A DNA stretch of 64,000 nt, from assembly GCA_026389285.1 (NCBI GenBank), contig JAPLID010000065.1, positions 2,310-66,309 of the forward strand, in the 5' to 3' direction. The notes beneath the pieces are model-generated. The model saw only the letters and a program-made list of their open reading frames with translations, was not told the DNA's origin and did not search any database. The translations under genes and the position numbers were made by a program. Source of the stretch: Cyanobacteriota bacterium. GTDB lineage: Bacteria; Cyanobacteriota; Cyanobacteriia; PCC-6307; Cyanobiaceae. Below are positions 49,727 to 59,477 of the stretch, one piece after another (position 1 is the stretch's first letter; every line of letters starts with the position of its first letter).

Positions 49727-51113
49727 GTGGGTCAGCGGGACTGCGCCACCCTGCGCGCTCTGGACCTGGGCTCTGTGGATCTGCGTTCCTTGAACCTGCA
49801 CTCTCTGACTCGGCAGACCGGCGCCTCTCCTGCCGCCAGAGTGCTGCGCCACCCCGAGCAGGGGGTGCTGGTGGCTCTAGCCGGCGCCTGGGCCTTCACG
49901 GCCGGCTGGTTTCTATTCTGGCCGGTGCCCACCGAGGTGATCGGCCGGGGCGTGGTGATCGTGCCCGGTGGCGCCACGGTGATCGATTCCCGGGCCGAGG
50001 GCCAGATTCTCGCCCTGCCGGTGCGGGTGGGGGAGAAGGTCAAGCGGGGTCAGATCCTGATCCGCCTCTACCTGCCCACCCTGGAGCAGCAGCTACGCCG
50101 TCAGGAGAAGGATCTGGCCGAACTGATCCGCATCAACGCCGATCTTGACCTTCCGGCTGGCTTCAGCCGGGCGACTGCGGGACACCGCCCTCGCCAAATT
50201 AGAGGCGGACCGCCGCCGCTTTGAGGAGCTGCAGAGCATCTACGACCAGAAGGTGGCCGATTTCCGCCATCTGGCCCGCCGCGAAGTGGTGGCCCCCCTG
50301 GCCGAGGAGGTGGTAGCTAGCGAAGACCGGGCCATCCAGCTGGGTAACAGTGTCGCCGACGTGGGAATCCGCGAACGGGAAGCCGTAGACATCTGGGAGA
50401 AAGTGAAACTGGACATCGACACGGCAGCCCAGAAGCGGCGCTACGCGATCGACGATGCTCGCCGCACCGTACGAGTCACCCGCTCCCGCCTGGACTACGA
50501 CGGCGTCCTGCTTGCCGATCGCGATGGGCGCATCCTTGATCTCCAGGTGGTGCGCGGCCAGACCGTCAAGCCCGGTGAACGCCTGGGCACCCTCGGCAGC
50601 CGCAACGGTGAAACCCTACGCGCCGTGGCCTATTTCGCCCCAGCCGATGCGCGGCGGCTGCGGCCGGGCCTGGCGATGGAGGTGGTCCCGGACTGGAACG
50701 AGCGGGGTCGCTTCGGCGGCATCCGCGGTCAGGTCAACCGGGTCAGCCTCCTTCCCGCCACCCGCGAGGACGTCAACACCACCATGGGCAATCCCCAGCT
50801 GGCGGAGGCCCTGGTTCGCAACGGCCCGGTGATGCGAACCGAAATCGATCTGCTGCCAGCGGCCCCCGAAGGCCAGCCCGGCGGCGGCAGGCGTTCCAGC
50901 CTGGATGGCTATCGCTGGACCCTCAGCCGGGGCAGCAGCGTCTTTCCGATCCATGAGGGGCTGACGCTCAAGGCCCATGGCTACGTGGAATGGCGAACGC
51001 CGGTGAGCTATCTGCTGCCGATGCTGCGGGATCTCACCGGCACCTACCGCACCCTGCGCCAGCAGGAGCGCCAGGATGACTCCCAGCTGCGGCAACGGGG
51101 AACACTGCCATGA
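49727..51113 (+). pseudogene. NHLP/NHLM-type HlyD secretion protein, one frameshift near 50150
   Basis: WPVPTEVIGRGV...GEKVKRGQ in one frame; DGRILDL, RFGGIRGQV, GYRWTLSRG and PVSYLLPMLR in the +1 frame. Confidence 0.75.
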
Positions 51114-51376
51114 GTATGGACAGGCAGAACCCTGGCGAAGGGCTGGCTCCATCCGGCAGCCTGCGCAGCGAACTCCCCTGGCTCGCCCTGCAAATGGCTT
51201 TTCTGGTGGTGCTGCTGCACGCCAACTCTCCGGAGGTGTGGTTCTGGTTCGCGGCCCTGCTGGTGCTGCTGATCTGGCGGACCATGGCCTGGCAGAACCG
51301 CCGCTGGCAGCGGCTCCAGAACCGGGATCAGGAGCCTCCCAGCACCAGCGGCAGCGCCACCGGCTCACCGGGCTGA
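51110..51376 (+). CDS. Small two-TM hypothetical protein
   Basis: ATGA coupling to the HlyD stop; two hydrophobic helices. Confidence 0.6.
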   Translation: MSMDRQNPGEGLAPSGSLRSELPWLALQMAFLVVLLHANSPEVWFWFAALLVLLIWRTMAWQNRRWQRLQNRDQEPPSTSGSATGSPG

Positions 51377-53013
51377 TTCGGCACCGGCAGCAGTTCGCGC
51401 AGCAGCTGGGCATAGCTGACATTGGCCAGAGTGGTGGATTCGGCCACCCCCTCCATCGCACCGGTGAGCGTGGCCACAGTGTCAGCCACATCGCTGTAAT
51501 CGGCCAGACCCAGCTGATAACGGGCCCGCACGTCGCGGAAGGCTTCTCGGGAGGCGCTGTAGGAAGCGCGGGCCGCCACGATCTGGCCGAGGGCGGCCCT
51601 GTGATCGAAGAAGGCCGCCTCCAGGCGCTGGCGGATGGCATTACGTTCCCGCGCCAGGCTCTGGTCGGTGCGGGCGGCAGCGGCGCGACTGGCGGCCACC
51701 GCCCCGGCCGTGACACCACCATCAAAGAAGCGCCAGTGCAACTGCAGGCCCGCTGCCCAGTCAGAACTCTGATTGAGCAGCTGGGGGATGTGGGTCGCGC
51801 CGCAGCAGCCCTCCAGCTGGATCAGCGGCTGGGTGATCACCCCCTGGCCGTAGCCGCCGGAGGCCAACAGCCGCAGGCTGGGCAGCAGCTCAGCAGCACG
51901 GCGATCGGCCTGGCGCAGCAGGGCATCGCGGGCGGCCTGCAGGGCGCGGAGTTGGGGGTTGTCGCTCCAGCCGCGCACGATCGTCTGCTCCAGATCAAGG
52001 GGCCAGGGAGGCTGCAGCCGCACCGCATCGCTGGCCCGCAGGCTGACATCAAAGGGCACGTTGATCAGGTTGCTGAGCTGGCGCTGGCGGCTCAGGCGCA
52101 GGGCCTCGGCCTGTTCGAAGCGATAGCGGGCCTGCTGCAGGGAGGCCTCGGCGCGGAGCAGATCCAGCCGCGGCACCAGGCCCACCTGCTTGAGCGCCGC
52201 CACCTGATCGCGCACCACCGTGTCGCTATCGACGACGGCCTGGCGGATGCGCTGCAACTGGTCGGCCAGCTGCAGGCCGTAATACGCGACGCTCACATCC
52301 AGCTGCAGCTGGCGCAGCCGATCGCCATAGCGCTGGCGGGACGCCTTGAGGCTGTCGTCCGCTTCGGCGATGGCGGCGGTCCGGCCCGGGCTGATCAGCT
52401 CCCAGCCCAGCTCCATGCGAGCGGCGGCGGCACCGACATTCGTCTGCACCACATTCCAGCCCTGATTCTTGACCAGAAACGGCGATCCAGCCGGGTAATA
52501 GCCGACGTTGTCGGTCCAGACGGTGCTGTACGAGCGCTCCTGGCGGTAGCCCCCCGCCAGATTCAGACCCAGCTCGGGCCACCAGCGCCCCCGGGCCGAA
52601 CCGACCAGATCCTGTTGCTCCCGCACACTGAGGACGGCGGCGGCCAGATCGGGGTCATTGCGCACCGCCACCGCCAGGGCTTCAGCCAAGCTGAGCCGCT
52701 GACGCCGTTCGATCCGCACCAGTTCAGGCGTGGTCGGCAGGGCCGTCGCGGCCGGGGCCGGCAGGGCCGGGGCCGACTGGGCTGACGCCTCTTCGCCGGC
52801 ATCGGCAGCCGGACCGCCAGGCAACAGGCTGCGATCAAGGCCTTCTAGATCATGCTGGAAACCCTGGAGGCTGCGCAGCAGCGCCGAGGAGGGGGGAGGC
52901 AGGCGGCGCGGACTGGGGCCCGGGATCAGCGTCTGCGCCATCGCGGGGGCGAGGTCCAACGTCAGAGCCAGAGCCAGCCCTGGAGCCAGCGGCAACCAGC
53001 GACAGCGGCTCAC
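51328..53013 (-). CDS. TolC family outer membrane protein
   Basis: Signal peptide; LSLAEALAVAVRNDP, VAYYGLQ and ARYQLGL motifs. Confidence 0.88.
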   Translation of the reverse strand: MSRCRWLPLAPGLALALTLDLAPAMAQTLIPGPSPRRLPPPSSALLRSLQGFQHDLEGLDRSLLPGGPAADAGEEASAQSAPALPAPAATALPTTPELVRIERRQRLSLAEALAVAVRNDPDLAAAVLSVREQQDLVGSARGRWWPELGLNLAGGYRQERSYSTVWTDNVGYYPAGSPFLVKNQGWNVVQTNVGAAAARMELGWELISPGRTAAIAEADDSLKASRQRYGDRLRQLQLDVSVAYYGLQLADQLQRIRQAVVDSDTVVRDQVAALKQVGLVPRLDLLRAEASLQQARYRFEQAEALRLSRQRQLSNLINVPFDVSLRASDAVRLQPPWPLDLEQTIVRGWSDNPQLRALQAARDALLRQADRRAAELLPSLRLLASGGYGQGVITQPLIQLEGCCGATHIPQLLNQSSDWAAGLQLHWRFFDGGVTAGAVAASRAAAARTDQSLARERNAIRQRLEAAFFDHRAALGQIVAARASYSASREAFRDVRARYQLGLADYSDVADTVATLTGAMEGVAESTTLANVSYAQLLRELLPVPNQPGEPVALPLVLGGS

Positions 53014-53303
53014 GGCTGGGCGTTCCCTGGGGGCTCAGGCGCCGGAGGCCTGGGTGAGGCAACCCGCGAATCGGGGGGAGCCGCATGGGGAGGAGCGCCA
53101 TGGGAGGCCTGCATCAGATCATGGAGGCCCAGGCTGGTGCGAGCCAAGCAGCCGATCGAAAAGCAGATCGCGGCACTGCCAAACAGGTCCATCTTGGCCT
53201 GCTGGGTCTCGCCTTCAATGCGGGTCATGGCCAGCAGCACCACCCCCGCAGCCAACCAGGGCAGGGTGACGACCATGGCGATCTGGGAGCGGGTCATCGC
53301 CAT
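53010..53303 (-). CDS. Small two-TM hypothetical protein
   Basis: Overlaps both neighbours; GSAAICFSIGC motif. Confidence 0.65.
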   Translation of the reverse strand: MAMTRSQIAMVVTLPWLAAGVVLLAMTRIEGETQQAKMDLFGSAAICFSIGCLARTSLGLHDLMQASHGAPPHAAPPDSRVASPRPPAPEPPGNAQP

Positions 53304-53575
53304 CAGCGCAGGCCCAGCTCCTGGCGCAGCTGCAGCTCCAGCTGGCGTACGGCGTTGATGCGCGCCATCGCCCAGGAGAGCTTGCAGACGCAGCCGATCG
53401 AGAAGCAGATCGCCGCATTGCCGAGGAGGCCCCAGGCATTACTGCGAAGGGCGAAATCCTCCTCCATCAGCAGCCTCAGGGCCAGAATCACCAGCAGGCT
53501 GGCCACCACCCAGGGGCCGTAGACCCAGCCGACGAAGAACTGATCGACGAACAGCCGACGCGAAGGCGTGGCCAT
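53303..53575 (-). CDS. Small two-TM hypothetical protein, paralogue of the neighbouring gene
   Basis: GNAAICFSIGC motif; TGATG coupling. Confidence 0.65.
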   Translation of the reverse strand: MATPSRRLFVDQFFVGWVYGPWVVASLLVILALRLLMEEDFALRSNAWGLLGNAAICFSIGCVCKLSWAMARINAVRQLELQLRQELGLR

Positions 53576-53869
53576 GAAATCGGCGCATTAAGGCCCCTAA
53601 GTCTGCCGGCCATCGGCAGCAATCCAGGCCAGGCGCGGCCGCCGGCCCAGCTGGCCATCTGACCGGATGGGCAGCGCGGCGAGGGCTGCCCCCTCCTGAG
53701 CAGCCTCCTGAGAAACGCCCCCTGCATCGCCGGACCGCGGACTGGGGCATCTGAAAAGCAGCGGCGCCCAAGGGTTCGGCCGGATAAGGAAGTAGCAGAT
53801 GGGGGCTGGGGAAAGGTTATTCAGGGAGCGCTTAGAGCCTGATGATCGGCTCACCGTTGGCATAGCGAT

Positions 53870-54820
53870 TTAGGATATTCGCCTACGCAGGGTCAGCAGC
53901 AGCTTCTCGAACACCGGCGGCAGCGGTGCCTCGAACAGCATCCGCTCGCCGCTGATCGGATGGTCGAGCCCGAGGGCGGCGGCATGCAAGGCCTGACCCG
54001 TGAGCTTCATCGGCAGATGGCGGCAGTGGCTGTAGGTGGGATCTCCAATGATCGGATGTCCGACATGGGAGGAGTGCACTCGGATCTGATGGGTGCGGCC
54101 GGTATCGAGCTTGAAGCGCAGCAGGGAGTAATCACCGAGCCGCTCGATCAGCTGCCAATGGGTGCAGGCATGCCGCCCGGAGCTGTCATGCACCACGGCA
54201 TATTTCTTGCGATCGACCGGATGGCGACCGATGTCGCCGATGATCGTGCCGCTGTCGCCTTCGGGGACGCCATGCACCACCGCCAGATATTCACGCGAAG
54301 CAATCCTCTTCTGGATCTGCACCTGCAACTTGACCAGAGCCTCCTGGCTCTTGGCGACAACAATGCAGCCCGTCGTGTCCTTATCGAGCCGGTGCACGAT
54401 GCCGGGGCGCATCTCGCCGCCGATGCCGGGCAGGTCGGGGCAGTGATGCAGCAGACCATTGACCAGGGTGCCGTCTTTGTTACCGGGTGCCGGATGCACC
54501 GTGAGGCCGGCCGGCTTGTTGAGCACGATTAGATGGTCGTCCTCGTACAGCACATCCAACGGAATCGGCTGGGCCAGCAGATAGGGAAGGGGCTCCGGCG
54601 GCGGCATCCACAGCTCCACCGTGTCGTTGGTGCGCAGGGGCGTCTTGGCTCGTCCGGTGACACCGTTGACCCGCACATAGCCGGCTTCGATGAACTTCTG
54701 AATGCGGGCCCGGCTCTGCTCTGGTCGCTGGGCCACCAGCCAGCGATCCAGCCGCATCGGCAGCGGTCTGGGGTACTCCAGCGTCAGCAATTCACCATCT
54801 CCCTCGCCGAAATTACTCAT
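53870..54820 (-). CDS. rluD: RluA/RluD family pseudouridine synthase
   Basis: S4 domain; NKPAGLTVHP, HRLDKDTTG and TGRTHQIRVH motifs. Confidence 0.92.
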   Translation of the reverse strand: MSNFGEGDGELLTLEYPRPLPMRLDRWLVAQRPEQSRARIQKFIEAGYVRVNGVTGRAKTPLRTNDTVELWMPPPEPLPYLLAQPIPLDVLYEDDHLIVLNKPAGLTVHPAPGNKDGTLVNGLLHHCPDLPGIGGEMRPGIVHRLDKDTTGCIVVAKSQEALVKLQVQIQKRIASREYLAVVHGVPEGDSGTIIGDIGRHPVDRKKYAVVHDSSGRHACTHWQLIERLGDYSLLRFKLDTGRTHQIRVHSSHVGHPIIGDPTYSHCRHLPMKLTGQALHAAALGLDHPISGERMLFEAPLPPVFEKLLLTLRRRIS

Positions 54821-55098
54821 GGACCGGGGGGAAAGGCGCTGGGGCGGCAGGCAGGGGGCTCAGGCAGCGGCAACGACGGAATCCAGAGCCATGGGAGCTG
54901 AAGCAATCTTAGGCAAGGCAGCTCCTGCGGCCGGGCCAGCTCGCCTGCGGCGCGACTCGAACCAACCGCTTGGCCTCAGCCGCCAGTGCCCTGGGCGCAA
55001 CCGTCCAGAGCCCACTCCCCCGAACGACCCAGCAACGGACAACACCGTGAAACAGCCAGCCAGGCCCTGTAAACTCTCCCCAACCAAAATCGCCACCG

Positions 55099-56166
55099 TT
55101 GCGAACCAGTTCAGCTGATCGGCAACAAGCGGCGGCCGCTCTGATCAGCCTGACCCTGATCTCAGCCGGGGCCAGCGGCTGCAGACCCGCAGCCGTCGCC
55201 CCAGTGCCGCTGAAACAGGTGCAGCTGACGGTGGCGCAGCGTCAGATTCTGCGGCATGAGATCACCTATCAATCGACGGTGACGGCGATCCATGAGATCC
55301 CGATGAGCCCGGAGATTGATGGGCGGATCGTGGCGATGCCGATGCAGGAAGGACAGCGCGTCAAAGGGGGGACTCTTCTGTACGTCCTGGACCAGCTGCC
55401 GCTGGAATCCCAGGCCAGGGCGGACCAGGCGGTGGCCGAGAATGCCCGACGCAATGCCCTGCGCTTCATCGGCGCCAACTTTTCGGGAGCGGTTTCCAAC
55501 AAAGAAAGCGCAGATTACGTGACTACGGCAAAGCAGACCCAGGAAATATTCCGCTCCAAAAAAGCATTACTTGCCTATAAATACGTCCGAGCGCCGATTG
55601 ATGGACAACTGGGAGCCATCAACAACAAGCTGGGCGATTACGTCACGGCGGGCACGGCCGTGACCAAGCTGGTGGACAACCGGCGGCTCTGGATCTCGAT
55701 CGACATCCCAGCCGCCATGGCCCACCGGCTGAAGCTGGGGCAGCGGGTGCGGGTGCAGGCCCCGGGCCTGCCGACGAGCCAGGGCCTGGCCCTGGTCACC
55801 TTCATTGCACCCGAGCTGGATGTGCAGCGCCAGACCCTGCTGGTGCGGGCCACGATCGACAACCCCACCGGCGTGCTTCGCCACAACCAGAGGGTGGAAG
55901 CCAGCCTGGAACTGGCCACTGCAACCCAGACCACCATTCCGGCAACGGCCACCCAAGTGCAGGCCGGGCAGAGCTTCGTCTTCGTGGCCCAGCCCCAGGG
56001 CCAGGGTCGCTACCGGCTGGAGCAGCAGCCCGTGCGGCTGGGCCTGCCCCAGAGCGGACGTTTTCCGGTGCTCTCGGGCCTCAAAGAGGGCGAAACGGTG
56101 GTGATCGGCAATCTGGCCGAACTCAACAATGGAGCCACCGTGACGGCCGGGAGACCTGGACCTTGA
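55099..56166 (+). CDS. RND efflux periplasmic adaptor subunit
   Basis: Lipoprotein-like ASGC, VRAPIDG and VLSGLKEGETVV motifs. Confidence 0.88.
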   Translation: MRTSSADRQQAAAALISLTLISAGASGCRPAAVAPVPLKQVQLTVAQRQILRHEITYQSTVTAIHEIPMSPEIDGRIVAMPMQEGQRVKGGTLLYVLDQLPLESQARADQAVAENARRNALRFIGANFSGAVSNKESADYVTTAKQTQEIFRSKKALLAYKYVRAPIDGQLGAINNKLGDYVTAGTAVTKLVDNRRLWISIDIPAAMAHRLKLGQRVRVQAPGLPTSQGLALVTFIAPELDVQRQTLLVRATIDNPTGVLRHNQRVEASLELATATQTTIPATATQVQAGQSFVFVAQPQGQGRYRLEQQPVRLGLPQSGRFPVLSGLKEGETVVIGNLAELNNGATVTAGRPGP

Positions 56167-59100
56167 GCCTGTCCGATGCCTTCATCCGCCGGCCGGTGCT
56201 CAGTTCGGTCTGCAGCATCCTGATCCTGCTGATGGGCGCCATCTCGCTGATGAGCCTGCCGATCGAGGCCCTGCCCAACATCGGGCCGCCCACCGTGCTG
56301 GTAACCACCACCTTTCCCGGTGCCGATGCCATCACCATCGAAAAGACGGTGACAGCGCCGCTGGAGGAGCAGATCAACGGCGTGCCGGGGATGGACTACA
56401 TCTCCTCCAACAGTGACAACGATGGTAATTGTGTCATTGATGTCTTCTTCAAACCCGGAACAGACATCAATGGAGCCGAAACCAATGTGCTGAACCGGGT
56501 CCAGACCGCCCTCGCCCAGCTCCCTGACTCCGTCAACAAACAGGGGGTGACCGTTCAGGCGACATCGAGCACCTATCTGCTGATCTATGCCATCACCTCG
56601 GCCGATGGCAACTACTCCACCAGCTATCTCAATGGCCTGGCCCAGGACAAACTTGTCTATCCCCTGAGTCGTGCTGACGGGGTGGGCCAGGTGGTGGTGC
56701 TGGGCAGTGCGCCGCCGGCGTATCGGCTCTGGCTCAACCCCTTCCGGCTGGCGCGCTACAACCTTTCGCCCCAGAAAGTGATCCAGGCCCTTCGGGAGAA
56801 CAACACGGTTCAGGTCGGCGGATCGCTCGGCAACCTGCCAGCGCTTCAGCCCGCGGCGACGGGCTATCCGATCGTCATCAAAGGAAATCTGGAGAATGTT
56901 GATGACCTCAACCGCCTACCGATCGCCCGCGCCCCAGATGGCACACTGATTCACCTCAGCGATGTTGGCCATGCCGAATATGGCATGGCCAACTACAACA
57001 CCTACGCCTTGAATGTCACCAACGGCAAACCCTCGGTGGCCTTTGGCGTGGTGCCGCTGCCTTCAGCCAATGCACTCACCACCTCAGCCGCCGCCGAGGC
57101 GGTGATCAACCAGTTCCAGAAGACCCTCCCCCAGGGCATTGAGCTGAAAAAGGTCTACAACACGGCCGACTATGTGAATGCATCGATTGACAACACCAAG
57201 ATCGCTCTCGCTGATGCGCTGGTGCTGGTGCTGCTGATCATCTTCCTGTTTCTGCAGGATTGGCGCGCCACCCTGGTGCCCACCCTGGCGATGCCGATTT
57301 CGCTGCTGGGGGCGATGACCTTTCTCAGCCTGGCCGGCTTTTCGCTCAACGAACTGACCCTGCTGGGCATCATTCTGGCCACCGGCCTGGTGGTGGATGA
57401 CGCCATTGTGGTGGTCGAGGCCGTCTCGGAACGGATCGAATCGGGGCGACCTCCCTTGAGTGCCGCCTCCGAGGCGATGCAGGGACTGGCCGGGCCGATC
57501 ATCGCCACCGCCCTGGTGTTGCTGGCCATCTTCCTGCCGGTGACCTTCTTCCCGGGGCCAACCGGCGTGATCTACCGGCAATTCGCCCTGACGATCGTCT
57601 TTGCCCTGGTGATCTCCACCTTCAATGCCATCACCGGCAAACCCCTGCAGGCAGCTTCGCTGCTTTCCGGCCATCCACCCCAGATTTCCGCCCGCACCTA
57701 CAGCCTGGTCCTGCCGCTACTGCTAGGCGGCTACGGCTTCTGGCGCAGCGGTTGGCCCACGGGGCTGGGCTTTGCCCTGGTTGCCTGTCTGGTCGGCGCC
57801 CGACTACCCCAGATCTTTGCCGCCTTCAACCGGCTCCTAGCTCGCACCTCCCGCGGTCATCAGGCCCTGCTGGAGCGCCTGCTACGCAGGCACCGACTGA
57901 TCTCCGCCAGCCTGGTGCTGGCCACCCTGCTGACGGGTGTGCTGTTCACGGTGGTGCCCTCAGGTTTTGTACCAACCGAAGATCAGGACTACATCATGGG
58001 CATCATCCAGCTCCCTGCCCGGGCCTCACTGCAGGCCACCCGTGATGTCAGCCAGCAGGTTCAGAAAATTCTGAGCAAGTATCCAATCATCACGTCCGGA
58101 CAGCTGATTTCAGGCGTTGGTTTCAATGGCTCAACCCCCTATCAGGCCACCTTCCATGCGGGCCTGCTGCCGATCGAGCAACGGCCCGGCCAAAAACGTT
58201 CTGCTCAATTTCTGGTCGCAGAACTAAACAAGGAATTCGCCAAGATCACCAGCGCCAAAGTCAATGCCCAGATGCCGCCTGCGGTGAATGGCTACAGCGC
58301 CCAGGGCGGTCTCCAGTTTCAGTTCAATGACCTCAGCGGTGGCCAGATCTCCTTCAGCAATCTGCTGGGGCTGGCGCAGCAGCTGATCAACAAGGCCAAG
58401 ACCTCGGGCCTGTACTCCAGCCTCTACACCCAGTTCATCAGCGATGCCCCAGTCTGGCGGCTGGAGATGGACCGGGAACGCCTCGCCTCGCTGGATATCG
58501 ACTACAGCCAGGCTGCCGAAACAGTCGGCACTCTCTTGGGCGGCAGTTTTGTCAATCCCACCTATGAGGGCATTCAATACCGTCAGGTTTATGTGCAGGC
58601 CGAAGGGGACACCCGCAGGGAACCCACGGACCTCTCGGGCTATTACGTCACCAATCGCGCCGGCCAGCAGATCCCTCTGGGCAACATTGCCAGCCTCAAA
58701 CTGGACAGTGCCCCCCCGGTGATCAATCACTTCAATCTCAACCGCTCGATTCTGATCCAGGGCGATACCGCACCGGGCAAAAGCAGCAGCGCCGGCCTGC
58801 AGAAGCTCAGCTCCGCGTTCCAGCAACTCCAGACACCCCAGGTGGGCATGGCCTTCTCCGGCCTGTCCCGGGCCCAGGCCGCGATCGGCTCCCAGACGGC
58901 CCTGGTCTTCCTGCTGGGGGTGGTGGTGGCCTTCCTGGTGCTGGCGGCCCAGTACGGCAGCTACATCGATCCGGTGATCACCCTGGCGACGGTGCCCCTG
59001 GGGATCCTTGGAGGAATCCTGTTCCTGCTCGCTCGGGGACTGGACAACAACATTTTCGCCCAGGTGGGCCTGCTGACCCTGGTGGGCCTCGCGGCCAAGA

Positions 59101-59477
59101 ACGGCATCCTGATCGTCAGCCTGGCCAACGATCATCTGCAGCAGGGCCTGGACCCCCGCCAGGCCGCAATGACCGCCACCCGATCCCGCTTCCGGCCGAT
59201 CCTGATGACGAGCTCCGCCGCCCTGTCGGGCTTCTTTCCGCTGGTGATCGCCACCGGCGCCGGCCAGATCAGTCAGCGCTCGCTGGGGGCAGTGATCTTC
59301 GGCGGACTGCTGGTCTCCACCCTGACCAGCCTGTTGGTCGTGCCCGCCGTTTACACCACCATCAAGACCTTCACGGAGCGGCGCCGGCTGGCCCGGGCAG
59401 CGAGCCAGGCAACGATCCAGACAACGAGCCAGGCAACGAGCCAGACAGAGGGCCTGACAGAGACGCCGGCAGGGTGA
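56163..59477 (+). CDS. RND efflux permease, AcrB/HAE1 family
   Basis: FIRRPV, GLVVDDAIVVVE, PTEDQ, GLAAKNGILIV and RFRPILMT motifs. Confidence 0.93.
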   Translation: MSLSDAFIRRPVLSSVCSILILLMGAISLMSLPIEALPNIGPPTVLVTTTFPGADAITIEKTVTAPLEEQINGVPGMDYISSNSDNDGNCVIDVFFKPGTDINGAETNVLNRVQTALAQLPDSVNKQGVTVQATSSTYLLIYAITSADGNYSTSYLNGLAQDKLVYPLSRADGVGQVVVLGSAPPAYRLWLNPFRLARYNLSPQKVIQALRENNTVQVGGSLGNLPALQPAATGYPIVIKGNLENVDDLNRLPIARAPDGTLIHLSDVGHAEYGMANYNTYALNVTNGKPSVAFGVVPLPSANALTTSAAAEAVINQFQKTLPQGIELKKVYNTADYVNASIDNTKIALADALVLVLLIIFLFLQDWRATLVPTLAMPISLLGAMTFLSLAGFSLNELTLLGIILATGLVVDDAIVVVEAVSERIESGRPPLSAASEAMQGLAGPIIATALVLLAIFLPVTFFPGPTGVIYRQFALTIVFALVISTFNAITGKPLQAASLLSGHPPQISARTYSLVLPLLLGGYGFWRSGWPTGLGFALVACLVGARLPQIFAAFNRLLARTSRGHQALLERLLRRHRLISASLVLATLLTGVLFTVVPSGFVPTEDQDYIMGIIQLPARASLQATRDVSQQVQKILSKYPIITSGQLISGVGFNGSTPYQATFHAGLLPIEQRPGQKRSAQFLVAELNKEFAKITSAKVNAQMPPAVNGYSAQGGLQFQFNDLSGGQISFSNLLGLAQQLINKAKTSGLYSSLYTQFISDAPVWRLEMDRERLASLDIDYSQAAETVGTLLGGSFVNPTYEGIQYRQVYVQAEGDTRREPTDLSGYYVTNRAGQQIPLGNIASLKLDSAPPVINHFNLNRSILIQGDTAPGKSSSAGLQKLSSAFQQLQTPQVGMAFSGLSRAQAAIGSQTALVFLLGVVVAFLVLAAQYGSYIDPVITLATVPLGILGGILFLLARGLDNNIFAQVGLLTLVGLAAKNGILIVSLANDHLQQGLDPRQAAMTATRSRFRPILMTSSAALSGFFPLVIATGAGQISQRSLGAVIFGGLLVSTLTSLLVVPAVYTTIKTFTERRRLARAASQATIQTTSQATSQTEGLTETPAG

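Noticed and set aside
31535-51113. Complete prochlorosin/NHLP bacteriocin cluster
   Set aside because: No LanM, YcaO or C39-ABC transporter, and no GG site or Cys/Ser/Thr-rich core in the Nif11-like proteins.
53576-53869. Possible riboswitch or ncRNA upstream of the small membrane genes
   Set aside because: Short GC hairpins are present but match no RNA family I recognise; an Rfam/Infernal search is needed.
26553-53869. Island as an integrative mobile element
   Set aside because: No integrase, transposase, tRNA target or flanking direct repeat was seen, and most of it has host-like GC.
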